Below are positions 45,563 through 55,700 of a stretch of 64,000 nt of DNA, piece after piece. The first letter of the stretch is position 1; each line of letters starts with the position of its first letter. Origin of the DNA: Candidatus Latescibacterota bacterium (lineage in GTDB: Bacteria > Latescibacterota > UBA2968 > UBA8231); NCBI GenBank assembly GCA_965221775.1, contig CBDCSU010000006.1, forward strand, positions 672,001 to 736,000, given 5' to 3'. The position numbers were made by a program, and so were the translations under genes. The notes under the pieces are model-generated. The model had not been told where the DNA came from and did no database searches. It was given only the letters and a program-made list of their open reading frames with translations.

Positions 45563-48500
45563 TCAGCCGCCGAGTCCCCAGGTGACGGCCAGCTTGATCC
45601 GCCGGCCCTTGGGGTCGTGGGTGAAGCCGTCGTACGCCTGCTCGATGTTGACCAGGGGCGGCCTCTTGTCGAGCAGGTTCATACCCGAGAGCACCATGTT
45701 GGCGCCCATGGGCAGGCTCCACAGAAAGCTCACATCCAAGGTGACAAAGGATTCGATGGTGCCGAACAGGTCGCTGACCGCCTCATTGCCGGAGTCCAGC
45801 GACCCCCGGTCCTCGTAGGACGAGATGTAGTTGAGGTAGCTCACGAGGCCGTAGGCTTTCCAGTGATAACCGGCGGAGGCCCGCCCCTTCAGCTTGGGGA
45901 GGGAAGTGGCGATCGGATTGCCGAAGTTCAGGTAGCCGGCCGCGTCGGCGCCTTCCTGCAGCACCAGGTCGCCCAGCATCAGGGCCTTCGTCTCGTACTC
46001 GAGGATGTAGCTGCCGTCCAGGCTGGCGGAGAGTTGCCCCGGGCCCGCGGGGCTCCGCGTCCCCAGGTGCATGTCGAAGCCCGAGGTCTTCACCCCCGGC
46101 CAGTTGACGATGTCGACCTGCACCCGCTCGAGTGCGGAGGCCGCGCAGGTCCCCGTTCCGACCCCGTCCGGGCAGACGATGAACCCCTTCAGAGCCTCCT
46201 TGTTCGCCTCGTCGGCATAGAGCTCTGTGATTCTCCCGTGCGGCATGGCACCGATGACATCGCTGAAGTCGTAGCTCCAGTAGTCGAAGGTCGCATCGAG
46301 ACCGGCCTCCGTGGCAAAGACGAGGCCCGCGTTGTAGGTGAAGGCCCGCTCGGGCTTGAGGTCCTTGCTGCCGAACCGGTCCACCGTCTGGTAGGCGCCC
46401 GTCTCGTTGATCCACTCGAGCGTCGACAGGGGGTTCTCGTTCACGTCGTCCAGCGACGGCGTGCGGAACGTCGTCTGCACCGAGCCGCGCAGGAACAGGG
46501 ACTGGGTGGAGGACTCGGCCAACTGAAGGCGCCAGCCGAGCTTGGGATCGAAGCTGCTGGCCACGTCGTGGAACTCGTAGTTGGCGGCCAGCTGCGTGTC
46601 GATGCGCGGACCCAGGCTCAGGGGAATCTCCGCGAAGAGGCGGTGCACCGTCTGCGATACGTCATAGGGGTTGTTCACGTTGGTGAAGGCGTAGGGACCG
46701 AACCTGTCCTCCTCTGAACACCCGTCATCGCCCACGACCGGGCAGGGGTTGATGGTCACGTCGCCCGCGTCGTTGGGATCGCCGCTGGCATTCAGCAAGC
46801 GGAACTGGTAGCCCGTGGCGTAGCTGGCCACGTCCTCGATCCAGGTTCCGCTCAGCGTGGCATCGGCAACCAGCATGTCCGCCGTGCTCTGCAGATCGAC
46901 TTCATTGTCTGCCAGCCAGTTCCGCAACTCGGGGGTGTTGGCCAGCTCGGAGCGGTAACCGGGGTTCGCCTGGCTCGCATACCTGGAGCCGTGCTGGTCC
47001 GTGTGCTCGATGGCATTGCCGAAGGGGTTGTAGTACTGGCAGTTGCCCTGACCCGCCGCCTGGCCGTTGAGCGGACCGAGCCGCATCCCCGCCAGAGAGT
47101 TGTTGTCCGCCTCCACGCCGACGCCGCAGTCGGGTCCTCCGAAGCCGCGGAAGCCGAGGAAGAGCCGCTCGATGTACACGCCCGGAAGGTTGTAGTTGCC
47201 CTCGGTGCGGGAGTAGGAGAGGCCCAGGTCGAAGTTGGCCTCGCGGCCTCCCAAGGAGAGGTCGCGATTCGCCGAGGCCGCCAGGCGCATCGTGCTGGAG
47301 TCGCGGCCCAGGATGCGGCCGGGACCCGAGTTGCCGAAGGGGCGGCCGTTGAAATACCAGTTCTCGCCGGCCTGGCACTCGGCGTGGTACAGGTCTCCGT
47401 CCGACGCCCCGTACTCCTCGCAGAAGGCCTGCCGTCCCGGGTGGTCGGGCGCGACCTCCATGATGCTCGTGTCCGTCAGGGGGAAGGGAGGGTACGAAGG
47501 GGTGGTGTACCAGTTGGGGATGTCGGCCCGGGCCAGCAGACCTTCGACGTGATACTCCGTGCCGTCGGCCAGGGAACCGTTGATCTCGGAGAACAGACGG
47601 AGATGACTCATCTCCTCGATCAGGTTCTCGTACTGCTGGTAGCGGAAGCGGCAGGTCCAGGACTCCCGGAAGCCGCCGAAGGACTCGCAGTCGGGGGCGT
47701 GGATGGCAGCGGTCCAGGGGGCCGGGGCGCCGACGGCGAAGGTGCCCGGGTTCCCCAGGCTCGACCATCCGAGGCGCTGGCCGCCGCCGTGCCACGGCTG
47801 CAGCAGGTAGTCCCTTTCCGTAGACGGCAGCTCGCTGCGTCCCCGCCACTCCGCGGCCACGACCGCATGGGCGCCGCCGAGCTGGCCGCCCCATATGGCG
47901 CCCACGTCGGAGTCCCCCGCCCCGGCCAGGTACTCGTGCGCGGCGGAGACCTCGAAGCCCGTGAAGTCGGAGCGGGTCAGGAAGTTGGCGACCCCGGCCA
48001 CCGCGTCCGATCCGTAGATGGCCGCGGCCCCCTCCTTGAGGACCTCGACCCGGTCCAGGGCGATGGAGGGGATGGCGTTCACGTCGACGAAACGGCCGCC
48101 GATGAGGCGCGCCGGGACGTAGGTCTGGCGGCGGCTGTTGATCAGCACCAGCGTCCGCGAGGCCCCCAGGCCGCGCAGGTTGACGTTGGCGATGCTCTCG
48201 GACAGCGTGGCGGCCTGGTTGGCGTTGTACCAGCTGCTGCGCTCGCCGATCACGCCGTGGCTGGCGCTCAGGTTCTTGAAGAAGTCGACCGCCTGCGGCG
48301 AGCCTTGCTCGGCCATCTCGTCGCGGCCGGTCACCGCGACGGCGTAGGTCGAGCTGATGTGGGAATCCTTGATCGCGGTGCCGGTGACTACGACCTCCTC
48401 CAGCTGGACGGCGCTGGCGGCCAGCTCCACCCGGACCGTGGCGGTCTCTCCGGCGGCGACCATGACGGTGGTGGTGGTGCTCTCGTAGCCGATCAGCTCG

Positions 48501-48733
48501 ATGGCGACCACGTGCTTGCCGGCGGGCACCTGTTCGAGGGTCGAACGGCCCTCCTCGTCGGAGAACCCGCCGACATCGATCGCCTCGATGAAGACCAGGG
48601 CCGACGGCAGGGCCTGTCCGCCGGCGTCGACGACGGTGACGGCCACCGCGCCGCTCCCCTGGGCGTGCGCCGGTCCCGCCCACAGCAAGGCCGCGGCGGC
48701 CAGGATGGCAAGAGACTGGTTGAGGATTCTCAT
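45563..48733 (-). CDS. TonB-dependent receptor (1056 aa)
   Basis: Signal peptide, EEVVVTG, NLRGLGASRTLVLIN, RVEVLKEGAAAIYGSDAVAGVANF, FRTPSL, LKPE, N..D..PP. Confidence 0.93.
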   Translation of the reverse strand: MRILNQSLAILAAAALLWAGPAHAQGSGAVAVTVVDAGGQALPSALVFIEAIDVGGFSDEEGRSTLEQVPAGKHVVAIELIGYESTTTTVMVAAGETATVRVELAASAVQLEEVVVTGTAIKDSHISSTYAVAVTGRDEMAEQGSPQAVDFFKNLSASHGVIGERSSWYNANQAATLSESIANVNLRGLGASRTLVLINSRRQTYVPARLIGGRFVDVNAIPSIALDRVEVLKEGAAAIYGSDAVAGVANFLTRSDFTGFEVSAAHEYLAGAGDSDVGAIWGGQLGGAHAVVAAEWRGRSELPSTERDYLLQPWHGGGQRLGWSSLGNPGTFAVGAPAPWTAAIHAPDCESFGGFRESWTCRFRYQQYENLIEEMSHLRLFSEINGSLADGTEYHVEGLLARADIPNWYTTPSYPPFPLTDTSIMEVAPDHPGRQAFCEEYGASDGDLYHAECQAGENWYFNGRPFGNSGPGRILGRDSSTMRLAASANRDLSLGGREANFDLGLSYSRTEGNYNLPGVYIERLFLGFRGFGGPDCGVGVEADNNSLAGMRLGPLNGQAAGQGNCQYYNPFGNAIEHTDQHGSRYASQANPGYRSELANTPELRNWLADNEVDLQSTADMLVADATLSGTWIEDVASYATGYQFRLLNASGDPNDAGDVTINPCPVVGDDGCSEEDRFGPYAFTNVNNPYDVSQTVHRLFAEIPLSLGPRIDTQLAANYEFHDVASSFDPKLGWRLQLAESSTQSLFLRGSVQTTFRTPSLDDVNENPLSTLEWINETGAYQTVDRFGSKDLKPERAFTYNAGLVFATEAGLDATFDYWSYDFSDVIGAMPHGRITELYADEANKEALKGFIVCPDGVGTGTCAASALERVQVDIVNWPGVKTSGFDMHLGTRSPAGPGQLSASLDGSYILEYETKALMLGDLVLQEGADAAGYLNFGNPIATSLPKLKGRASAGYHWKAYGLVSYLNYISSYEDRGSLDSGNEAVSDLFGTIESFVTLDVSFLWSLPMGANMVLSGMNLLDKRPPLVNIEQAYDGFTHDPKGRRIKLAVTWGLGG

Positions 48734-48765
48734 CAGATCACCTCCCTTTTTTTGCGTGGAACAAG

Positions 48766-48872
48766 GAAGGGCAACCCATTCTGCAACATGGGCTGCCCTT
48801 CGGGGTCCGGAAAGGATGCTGCAGTTCGTCCGGTTCGGCCAAGATTGTAGTCCAATGACTTGGGGGACACAA
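48766..48872 (-). promoter_or_regulatory. Sigma70-like promoter and strong 5'-UTR hairpin of the TonB receptor
   Basis: Minus strand TTGTGT-17nt-TACAAT (48872-48844); GAAGGGCAGCCCAT-N8-ATGGGTTGCCCTTC hairpin (48801-48766). Confidence 0.5.
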
Positions 48873-48919
48873 AAAGGGACACGGAGACGATCGGCGAAGG
48901 GCGACCGGCGTCCTGCCGG

Positions 48920-49447
48920 TCAGACCAGCACAATGGCCAGGCCGGCCACCCCGTTCTGGAGAGTGTGGATCGCGGCGGTGACGAAGTAGGCGTGCCCCCA
49001 GGAGCGCGGTCTCCAGGCCAGCCAGGCGGTGGAGAACACCAGGAAGGTCCAGAAGATGCACAGCCCCCAGGCGACGGCGCTGAGGGAGTGCAGGACGGCC
49101 CAGACCGCCGCCGAGGACAGGGCAGCCGGCAGCCGGCGCCCGCCCCACAGGCGCATGAGCAGGGCCAGCAGGGGCGCCATGAGCAGGGTCTCGGCCAAGG
49201 GCGCGAAGAGGACGACCATCAGCAGGAACAGCGCCGGCGACATCCCCCTCAGAGGCGCCATGGGGTCCTCGCCGAGGAAGAGGTCGTGCCCGAGCAACTG
49301 GAACACGATCGACAGGACCAGGGCGATGGCCAGGGTCGGCGCCATGGCCAGCGGCCACGCGCGCAGGACGTAGCGCAAGGGGCCCACGCTGGTGTCGAGC
49401 AAGGGCCAGGCGAGGTTGCGCCAGAGCGGTTCAGCCGGGCGGTCCAT
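48920..49447 (-). CDS. CPBP (CAAX/Abi) family intramembrane glutamic endopeptidase
   Basis: Multi-TM; APLAETLL, WAVLH, IHTLQN motifs. Confidence 0.75.
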   Translation of the reverse strand: MDRPAEPLWRNLAWPLLDTSVGPLRYVLRAWPLAMAPTLAIALVLSIVFQLLGHDLFLGEDPMAPLRGMSPALFLLMVVLFAPLAETLLMAPLLALLMRLWGGRRLPAALSSAAVWAVLHSLSAVAWGLCIFWTFLVFSTAWLAWRPRSWGHAYFVTAAIHTLQNGVAGLAIVLV

Positions 49448-49565
49448 GGCTCGATAGTCGCCGAAGGGAGAGATCCCGGCAAGACGGTTTGCCGCTGCTC
49501 GAGGCGCGCCGGTAGATTGCGGCCCCCCGGAGCGATGCTCCCGGTGTCCCGCAACCGAGTTCCCC

Positions 49566-50597
49566 ATGCCTCCTTCCGAGCCTGCCACTGACTCCCGCCA
49601 GCGGCGCGAGACCGCCGGCCGCCGGCTGCGCGAAGCCGTCTGGCGCGGCGACCGGGCCGCCGTGGCCGCGGCCCTCGACCTGGATGGGTGAGCCGTCGAC
49701 GAGCCCGGGCCCCACCCCCGGTGGGGCGGCCGCCCGGCCCCGCTGCAACTGGCCGCCGAACGAGGACGGCTGGAGATCGCCCGCCTGCTGCTGGAGCGCG
49801 GCGCCGACGTCGAGGGGCCCGTGCAGGGCTACGACTGGAGCCCCCTGCAGCTGGCCGCCCACTGGCGCCGCCGCGAGCTGGCGGAGCTGCTGCTGGCGCA
49901 CGGCGCCCACCTCGACATCGCCGCCGCCGCCCTGCTCGGCGACGCCGCCGCCGTGGCGCGGCTGCTGCATGAGGACCCCGCCCTGGCCACGGCGCCCGCC
50001 CTCGACGGGGCGCCGCCCCTGCATTGCGCGGCCACCCCGCCGGTCGCCAGGCTCCTGCTGGACCGGGGCGCATCCCTGGACAGCGCGTCGATTGCCGCGG
50101 CGGCACGCCGCTGGACGCCGCCCTCGGCCGCGGCCCCCCAGGCCGGTCGGTGGCCGCCCTGCTAGTCGAGCGCGGCGCCCGGCCCGACCCCTGCCACCTG
50201 GCCGCCCTCGGCTGGACCGAGCGGCTGCTGCGCCGCATCGACGCCGATCCCGCGGCCCTCGGCTTCCGCGGCCGCATCGGGGTCAACGAGGTGGTGGGGA
50301 CGCCCCTGCACGCCGCCGTCCACGCGGGGCACGGCGCCCTGGGCGGCGGTCCTCGTCCGGCGCGGCGCCGACGTCGGCGCACGGGCCGACATGGGGCAGA
50401 CGCCCCTGCACCTGTGTGCCACGGCGGGCCTGGCGCGCCTCCTCGTCGAGGCCGGGGCCGACCCGGCGGCGGCGGACGGCGAGCACGGGACCGCGCCCCT
50501 CACGTGGGCCCGCGTCGGCCTGGAGATCCACGGGGACAGCCCGATGCGGCGGCGGCTGGTGGAGTACCTGGAGAGGGTGACGCCGGGGGCCCGCTGA
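49566..50597 (+). pseudogene. Ankyrin-repeat protein, disrupted
   Basis: PLQLAA..G, TPLHAAV, TPLHL, GAD motifs spread over three frames; in-frame TGA 49689-49691; frameshifts near 50081 and 50342. Confidence 0.8.
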
Positions 50598-50610
50598 GGG
50601 GCCCGGGGGA

Positions 50611-51327
50611 CTACAGGCCCGCGGGCAGGAGAACCAGCTCCGGCACCCGCGCCCGTCCCGGCGTGGCGGCCACGTACAGGCAGGCGTCGGCCACGTCCTC
50701 CGGCTGCAGGGCTTTCGCCATGACCTCGGGCGGGGTCGGCGCCGGCCGCTGCAGGACGAGAGGGGTGTCGCACAGGCCGGGGAAGATCACGGTGGTGCGG
50801 ATGCCGTTGTCGCGCTCCTCCTCGAAGGTCCCGTGGGCGAGGCCGGAGAGGCCGCACTTGGTGGCCTGGTAGGCGACCCCCGAGACATCCGGCTTCTGCA
50901 CGCAGCCCGAGGAGAGGTAGATGATCAGCCCCGAGCCCCGGGCGCGCATCGCCGGCAGCACCGCCTGGGTGCAGTGGAAGGCGCCGGTGAGATTGGTGGC
51001 GATCATGTCGTTCCAGGTCTGGCGGGACAGGACCTGCAGGCTGCGCTCCGGGATGTTGGTCCCCGTGGCGTAGAGGAGGATGTCGATGCGGCCGAAGGCG
51101 TCGAGAGCGGTGCGGACGAGGCCGTCCACCTGGGCCGGATCGGTCGCGTCGGCGGGACAGGCCAGGGCGCCGTCGCCGATCTCGGCGGCCAGCGCCTCCA
51201 GCTCGCCGGCGCTGCGCGCGGCCAGCACCACCTTCGCCCCGGCTCCGGCATAGGCCCGCGCCGCCGCCCTCCCCATCCCCGAGCTGCTGCCCACGACCAC
51301 CGCCACCCGGCCGCTCAGTGCCGCCAT
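50611..51327 (-). CDS. Short-chain dehydrogenase/reductase
   Basis: GSSSGMG, NLTG, YQATK, PG..DT. Confidence 0.92.
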   Translation of the reverse strand: MAALSGRVAVVVGSSSGMGRAAARAYAGAGAKVVLAARSAGELEALAAEIGDGALACPADATDPAQVDGLVRTALDAFGRIDILLYATGTNIPERSLQVLSRQTWNDMIATNLTGAFHCTQAVLPAMRARGSGLIIYLSSGCVQKPDVSGVAYQATKCGLSGLAHGTFEEERDNGIRTTVIFPGLCDTPLVLQRPAPTPPEVMAKALQPEDVADACLYVAATPGRARVPELVLLPAGL

Positions 51328-51441
51328 CGTCTCTCCTCCTTGCGGCCGGCGCGCGAACCTGCGGCCCTGGCGTGCCCGCCGCCGGCAACCCACACGTGGC
51401 CCGACATGGTCACCCGCGAGTCGACGGCGGCGTCCGACACG

Positions 51442-52656
51442 TCAGCGGACGTTGTAGTAGGTGGCGTAGAAGTCACGGCTCTCGCAACGCACCCAGTCGC
51501 GGTCGCGGCCCCTCTCGCCGAAGCGCCCGAGACCGAACTCCGCCAGGTCCTCCCCCGGGTCGCCGTCGAGCACCCAGCCCGCGAGCCAGCGGCCCACCGC
51601 GGCGGAGCCGGCAATGCCGAGGGCGGCGCAGGCCGAGGCCACGAAGAGCCCCTCCACCGCCGGCACCGGCCCGAGCAGGTAGCTGCCGTCGGGGGCGAAG
51701 GAGGTGACCCCCTGGCAGTACTCGGCCACCTCCAGCCCGGGCAGGGACGGGAAGAGCGGGGCCAGCCGGTCCGCGGCCTCGGCGATGGTGCCGCGCGGCT
51801 CGGGCAGGTCGGAGGTGCGGAAGCCCTCGTCCAGATCGACGAGATGCGGGTCCGGCTCGAAGAAGCCGTAGAGGTAGCCGCCGCGCTCCGGGCGGACGTA
51901 GCAGCTCGCCTCGGTGACGCGGACCACCGGGTGGTCGGCGGAGATGCCGGCGGCGGCGGTGCGGGCGCGCTGATGGCGGATCGTCTGCAGGGGCAGCTCA
52001 TCGGCGCCGAAGCGGCGCAGGAGCCGGCTGCTCCAGGGGCCGGCGGTGAGGACCACGCGATCGGCGGCGATCGTTCCGGCGGCGGTGCGCACGCCGCGCA
52101 CGGCGCCGCCGTCGACATCGAGACCCGCCACCTCGGCGGAGCACTCGATGCGGACCCCCAGGTCGCGGGCGGCGGCGGCGTAGGCGCGGGCGCACCGGCC
52201 GGGGTCGACGTAGCCGTCGCCGGTGACGTAACAGCCGCCCTCGAGGCGGGATACGTCCATGCCGGGGCACAGCCGCTCCATCTCGCCGCGGGAGACGAAG
52301 GCGGCCTCGACGCCGCTGGCCCGGGCGCGCTCGATCAGGCCTTCGTAGGCGGCCATCCGCTCCGGCGTCAGGGCCGCGAGCAGGCTCCCCGGCCGGCGCA
52401 GGCCCGGGTCGTGGCCGGACCGCTCGCCGAAGCCGGAGAGCAGGTCGAGGGCGTAGCGGATCGCCCGGCACATGGCCGCCGAGCTGCGCACCTGGCCTAC
52501 GAGACCAGCGGCGCGGGGCGTGGTCTCGGCCGCTACTTCGGGATTGCGCTCGAGAACGCGAACGGTTCCCGCGCCGCGCTCGGCCAGGTGCCAAGCCGTG
52601 CTGAGGCCCCAGATGCCGCCGCCGACGATGATGATGGTTTCCGTGTCGCTGCTCAT
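51442..52656 (-). CDS. FAD-dependent oxidoreductase, DAO/sarcosine-dimethylglycine oxidase family
   Basis: IVGGGIWG, TT.RAAG, DGYVDP, TAGPWS, SFAPDG..LG. Confidence 0.88.
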   Translation of the reverse strand: MSSDTETIIIVGGGIWGLSTAWHLAERGAGTVRVLERNPEVAAETTPRAAGLVGQVRSSAAMCRAIRYALDLLSGFGERSGHDPGLRRPGSLLAALTPERMAAYEGLIERARASGVEAAFVSRGEMERLCPGMDVSRLEGGCYVTGDGYVDPGRCARAYAAAARDLGVRIECSAEVAGLDVDGGAVRGVRTAAGTIAADRVVLTAGPWSSRLLRRFGADELPLQTIRHQRARTAAAGISADHPVVRVTEASCYVRPERGGYLYGFFEPDPHLVDLDEGFRTSDLPEPRGTIAEAADRLAPLFPSLPGLEVAEYCQGVTSFAPDGSYLLGPVPAVEGLFVASACAALGIAGSAAVGRWLAGWVLDGDPGEDLAEFGLGRFGERGRDRDWVRCESRDFYATYYNVR

Positions 52657-52743
52657 GGCGGAAGACTACCTTGGCAGGAGCCTGGAGGCAATCGGCCTTG
52701 CCTCTCCAGCGCCGGCTCCCTCTCTCGATGGGAGACACAGACG

Positions 52744-55700
52744 ATGAAAGATCAACTACGACATCGATCACGCTCCCTGGCCCTGGCCGGGCTCATCCTG
52801 GCTGCGATACCGGCCGCGGATGCTTCACCCCCCCAGTCTGCCGGCGGGCATGCCCCTTTCAGCCGGGTCGTCTACGACGGGGAATCCGGCCAGGCCCCCT
52901 CCGCTTCCAAGGCGGCGGCCCTGAAGGACTGGCCGCAGCGCACCGTGAGGATGATCTACTTCCGGCCCGAGGACCGCCCCTTCCGCGCCGAGGTGGTCGA
53001 TTCGATGAAGGCTGCCATCGTGCAGATCCAGGCCTTCTTCGCGCAGCAGATGCGGGAGCACGGGCATGGGGACGTGACATTCCAGTATGAGACCGACGCT
53101 CAGGGGGAGCCGCTCGTCCACCGTGTGGTTGGAGAGCATGCCGACGAGCACTATATCGAGCAAGGGGGAGCCGTGCAGGAGGTTTCACAAGCCGTCCTCA
53201 GGGGAGGACGGGACATCGACCTTGTCGTCATCGACCAGAGCTCGCCTGTACTGCCTTCCCCCAGTGGAGGCGCAGGAGGCCTGGCCTTCATCGGACAGGT
53301 GAATCGTCAACCCTTCGGGACGGCCCTGGTCCCGGCCTCGGCCCACTGGACCACGGCTGCCCACGAGCTCGGCCATGTCTTTGGACTGGACCACGACTTC
53401 AGGGATGGCACGTACATCATGTCCTACGGTTTCCAGTCCCCGCTTCGCCTGTCCGCATGCAGCGCCGGGCTCCTGACCGTGCATCCCTACTTCAACCCCG
53501 ATGTCCCCGGGGCGCCGGGTCCGCCGACGACGACCATCGACTTCACCTCCCCTCCCGGCTATCGGGCCGGTTCGAGCAGCCACCCCGTGCGACTCACCGT
53601 CGGTGGCTCGGCGGGGCTCCACCAGGTGCTTTTCGTCGGAGCCACAAACCCCCCCCACTTCGCTGCCGGATCCCTCGAAGTACTGGGGTGCCGCTCCTAC
53701 TCGGGGGAGAGCGCGGCGGATGTCGAGTTCGACTACGACGGCGCCGTTCCGTCCGAGCCCCTCACGAGTCTCTCGGATCCCGTCGTTCACCCCCTTGGCG
53801 TGCGGGCCGTCGACCAATACGGCAGATGGGTCGTAGAGGGCTTCGTCGTGCATCAGCTCTCCCCCCTGCATATCGGCTCGCTGGAAGAGCCCGGGGCGGT
53901 CTCTGCCCTGGCCTTCGCCCCGGTGGGCACCTCGGTGGCCGCGGCGGGGGACCCCCTCTTCGGGCTCTGGGACGTGCAGACGCGGCAGATGGTGGCCAGC
54001 TTCGGAGAGGCCCCCGCAGCGTCGGTGGCGTTCTCGCCGGACGGCGCCACCCTGGCCACCGCGGCGTACGACGGCAAGGTCAGGCTGTGGGACGTGTCCG
54101 CGCGAACGATCACCAGCACCCTGGAAGGTCGGTCGCGATTCGCCGCCTCCCTGGCCTTCTCCCCCGATGGCGCCACCCTGGCCGCCGTGTCATCGAGGAG
54201 CACGGTCACCCTCTGGGACCTGGAGACGGAGACGGAGACCGCGGTCCTCAGTCATGATGCCCCGGTCTCCTTCGTGGCCTTCTCTCCCGACGGCTCCACC
54301 ATCGCCACCGCCACATGGAGTCCCCGGGTCCACCTCTGGGACGCAGCCGGGACCCACCTGGCCGTCCTCGCCGGACACGGGGAGTGGACCAACGGGCTGA
54401 CCTTCTCCCCCGACGGCGCCACCCTGGCCGCCTCGGGGACGGACGGTCTCGTCAAGCTCTGGGACGTGGCGGCCCGAAGGGATGTCGCCGACCTCGAGCA
54501 CAGGCGGATCGTCAGGTCCATGGCGTTCTCTCCCGACGGCGCCACCCTCGCCTGCGCCTCGGGATACATCGTCAGGCTCTGGGACGCGGGGACGCGGCTT
54601 CGGATCGACGTCCTCCCAGACGGCCAGTTCGCCGAGGCCGTCGACTTCTCCGCCGATGGCCGGACCCTGGTCTCCGGGACCCGGAAGGGGCTCGAGTTGT
54701 GGGATGCCTCGGAGTGGCTGCAGCCTCGGCCCCATGGGCTGGTGATGATCTCGGGAGACGGACAGGAAGGGGCTCCCGGCGCCGTCCTCGAGGATCCCCT
54801 GGTGGTGGAAGTGCAGGATCAGTACGGGGTCGCCATGGCGGGACAACCCGTCGTGTTCACCGTCGCCCAGGGCGATGGAAGGCTGGGCGGCAGGTTCACC
54901 ATGGAGAACACGGAGACCGATGCCAACGGCCGTGCGGAGAGCCGCCTCACCCTCGCCCCCGGCCCGGGAGCGGTCACCGTCGAGGCGAGGCTCTTCGGGT
55001 CAGATCCCGTGGTCTTCGGAGCCGCCGCCATCGGGGAACCTCCCGTCGGGGATGGAGATCCTCTCAAGTGGCACCTGCCCGACCGCGCGACGGCGCGCCT
55101 GGGCAAGGGCGCCACGGGACTGGGATTCGGCTCTCCCGTGGCCTTTACCCCCGATGGCCAACGCTTCGCCGTGGCCACCAGCATCGGCATCTGGGTCTAT
55201 GATTCGACGACCGCCCGTGAGCTCGCCCTGATAGCCGGTGCCTCGGCGACCACCCTGGCCTTCTCCGCCGACGGGACCACCCTCGCCGCCGGAGCGGGTG
55301 GGACGATCAGGCTGTGGGACGTGGCCAGTGGTGAGAGCAGGGCCAGTCTGAGAGGACATGACTCGGTATGGTCGGTGGCCTTCTCTCCCGACGGCAGCAT
55401 GCTCGCCTCCGCCTCCGGGACCATGGTCAAGCTGTGGGACGTGGCGACGCGCCAGAACACGGCCACTCTCGACGGGCTTGGCGGCACGGTGATGTTCCTC
55501 CACGGCGGCGCCACCGTCGGCGTCCTGGGCTGGGATGGCATCCTGAAGCTGTGGGATGCCACCAGCGAACCGATCCGGTCGCTCTTCGAGGTGCAACTCG
55601 GATGGGGTCCGTCCACGTCCTTCCCCATGACCCAGATGGCCTTCTCCCCCGATGGTGTCACCCTCGCCGCCGGTTGGGGAGACACGATCAGGCTGTGGGA

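Noticed and set aside
49689-49691. Selenocysteine or recoded TGA in the ankyrin gene
   Set aside because: Two further frameshifts indicate decay, and TGA is a normal stop elsewhere in the window.
50833-52743. N-terminal 637 aa of the 2395-aa track ORF
   Set aside because: Antisense shadow of the SDR and FAD oxidoreductase genes; signal peptide and RBS place the start at 52744.
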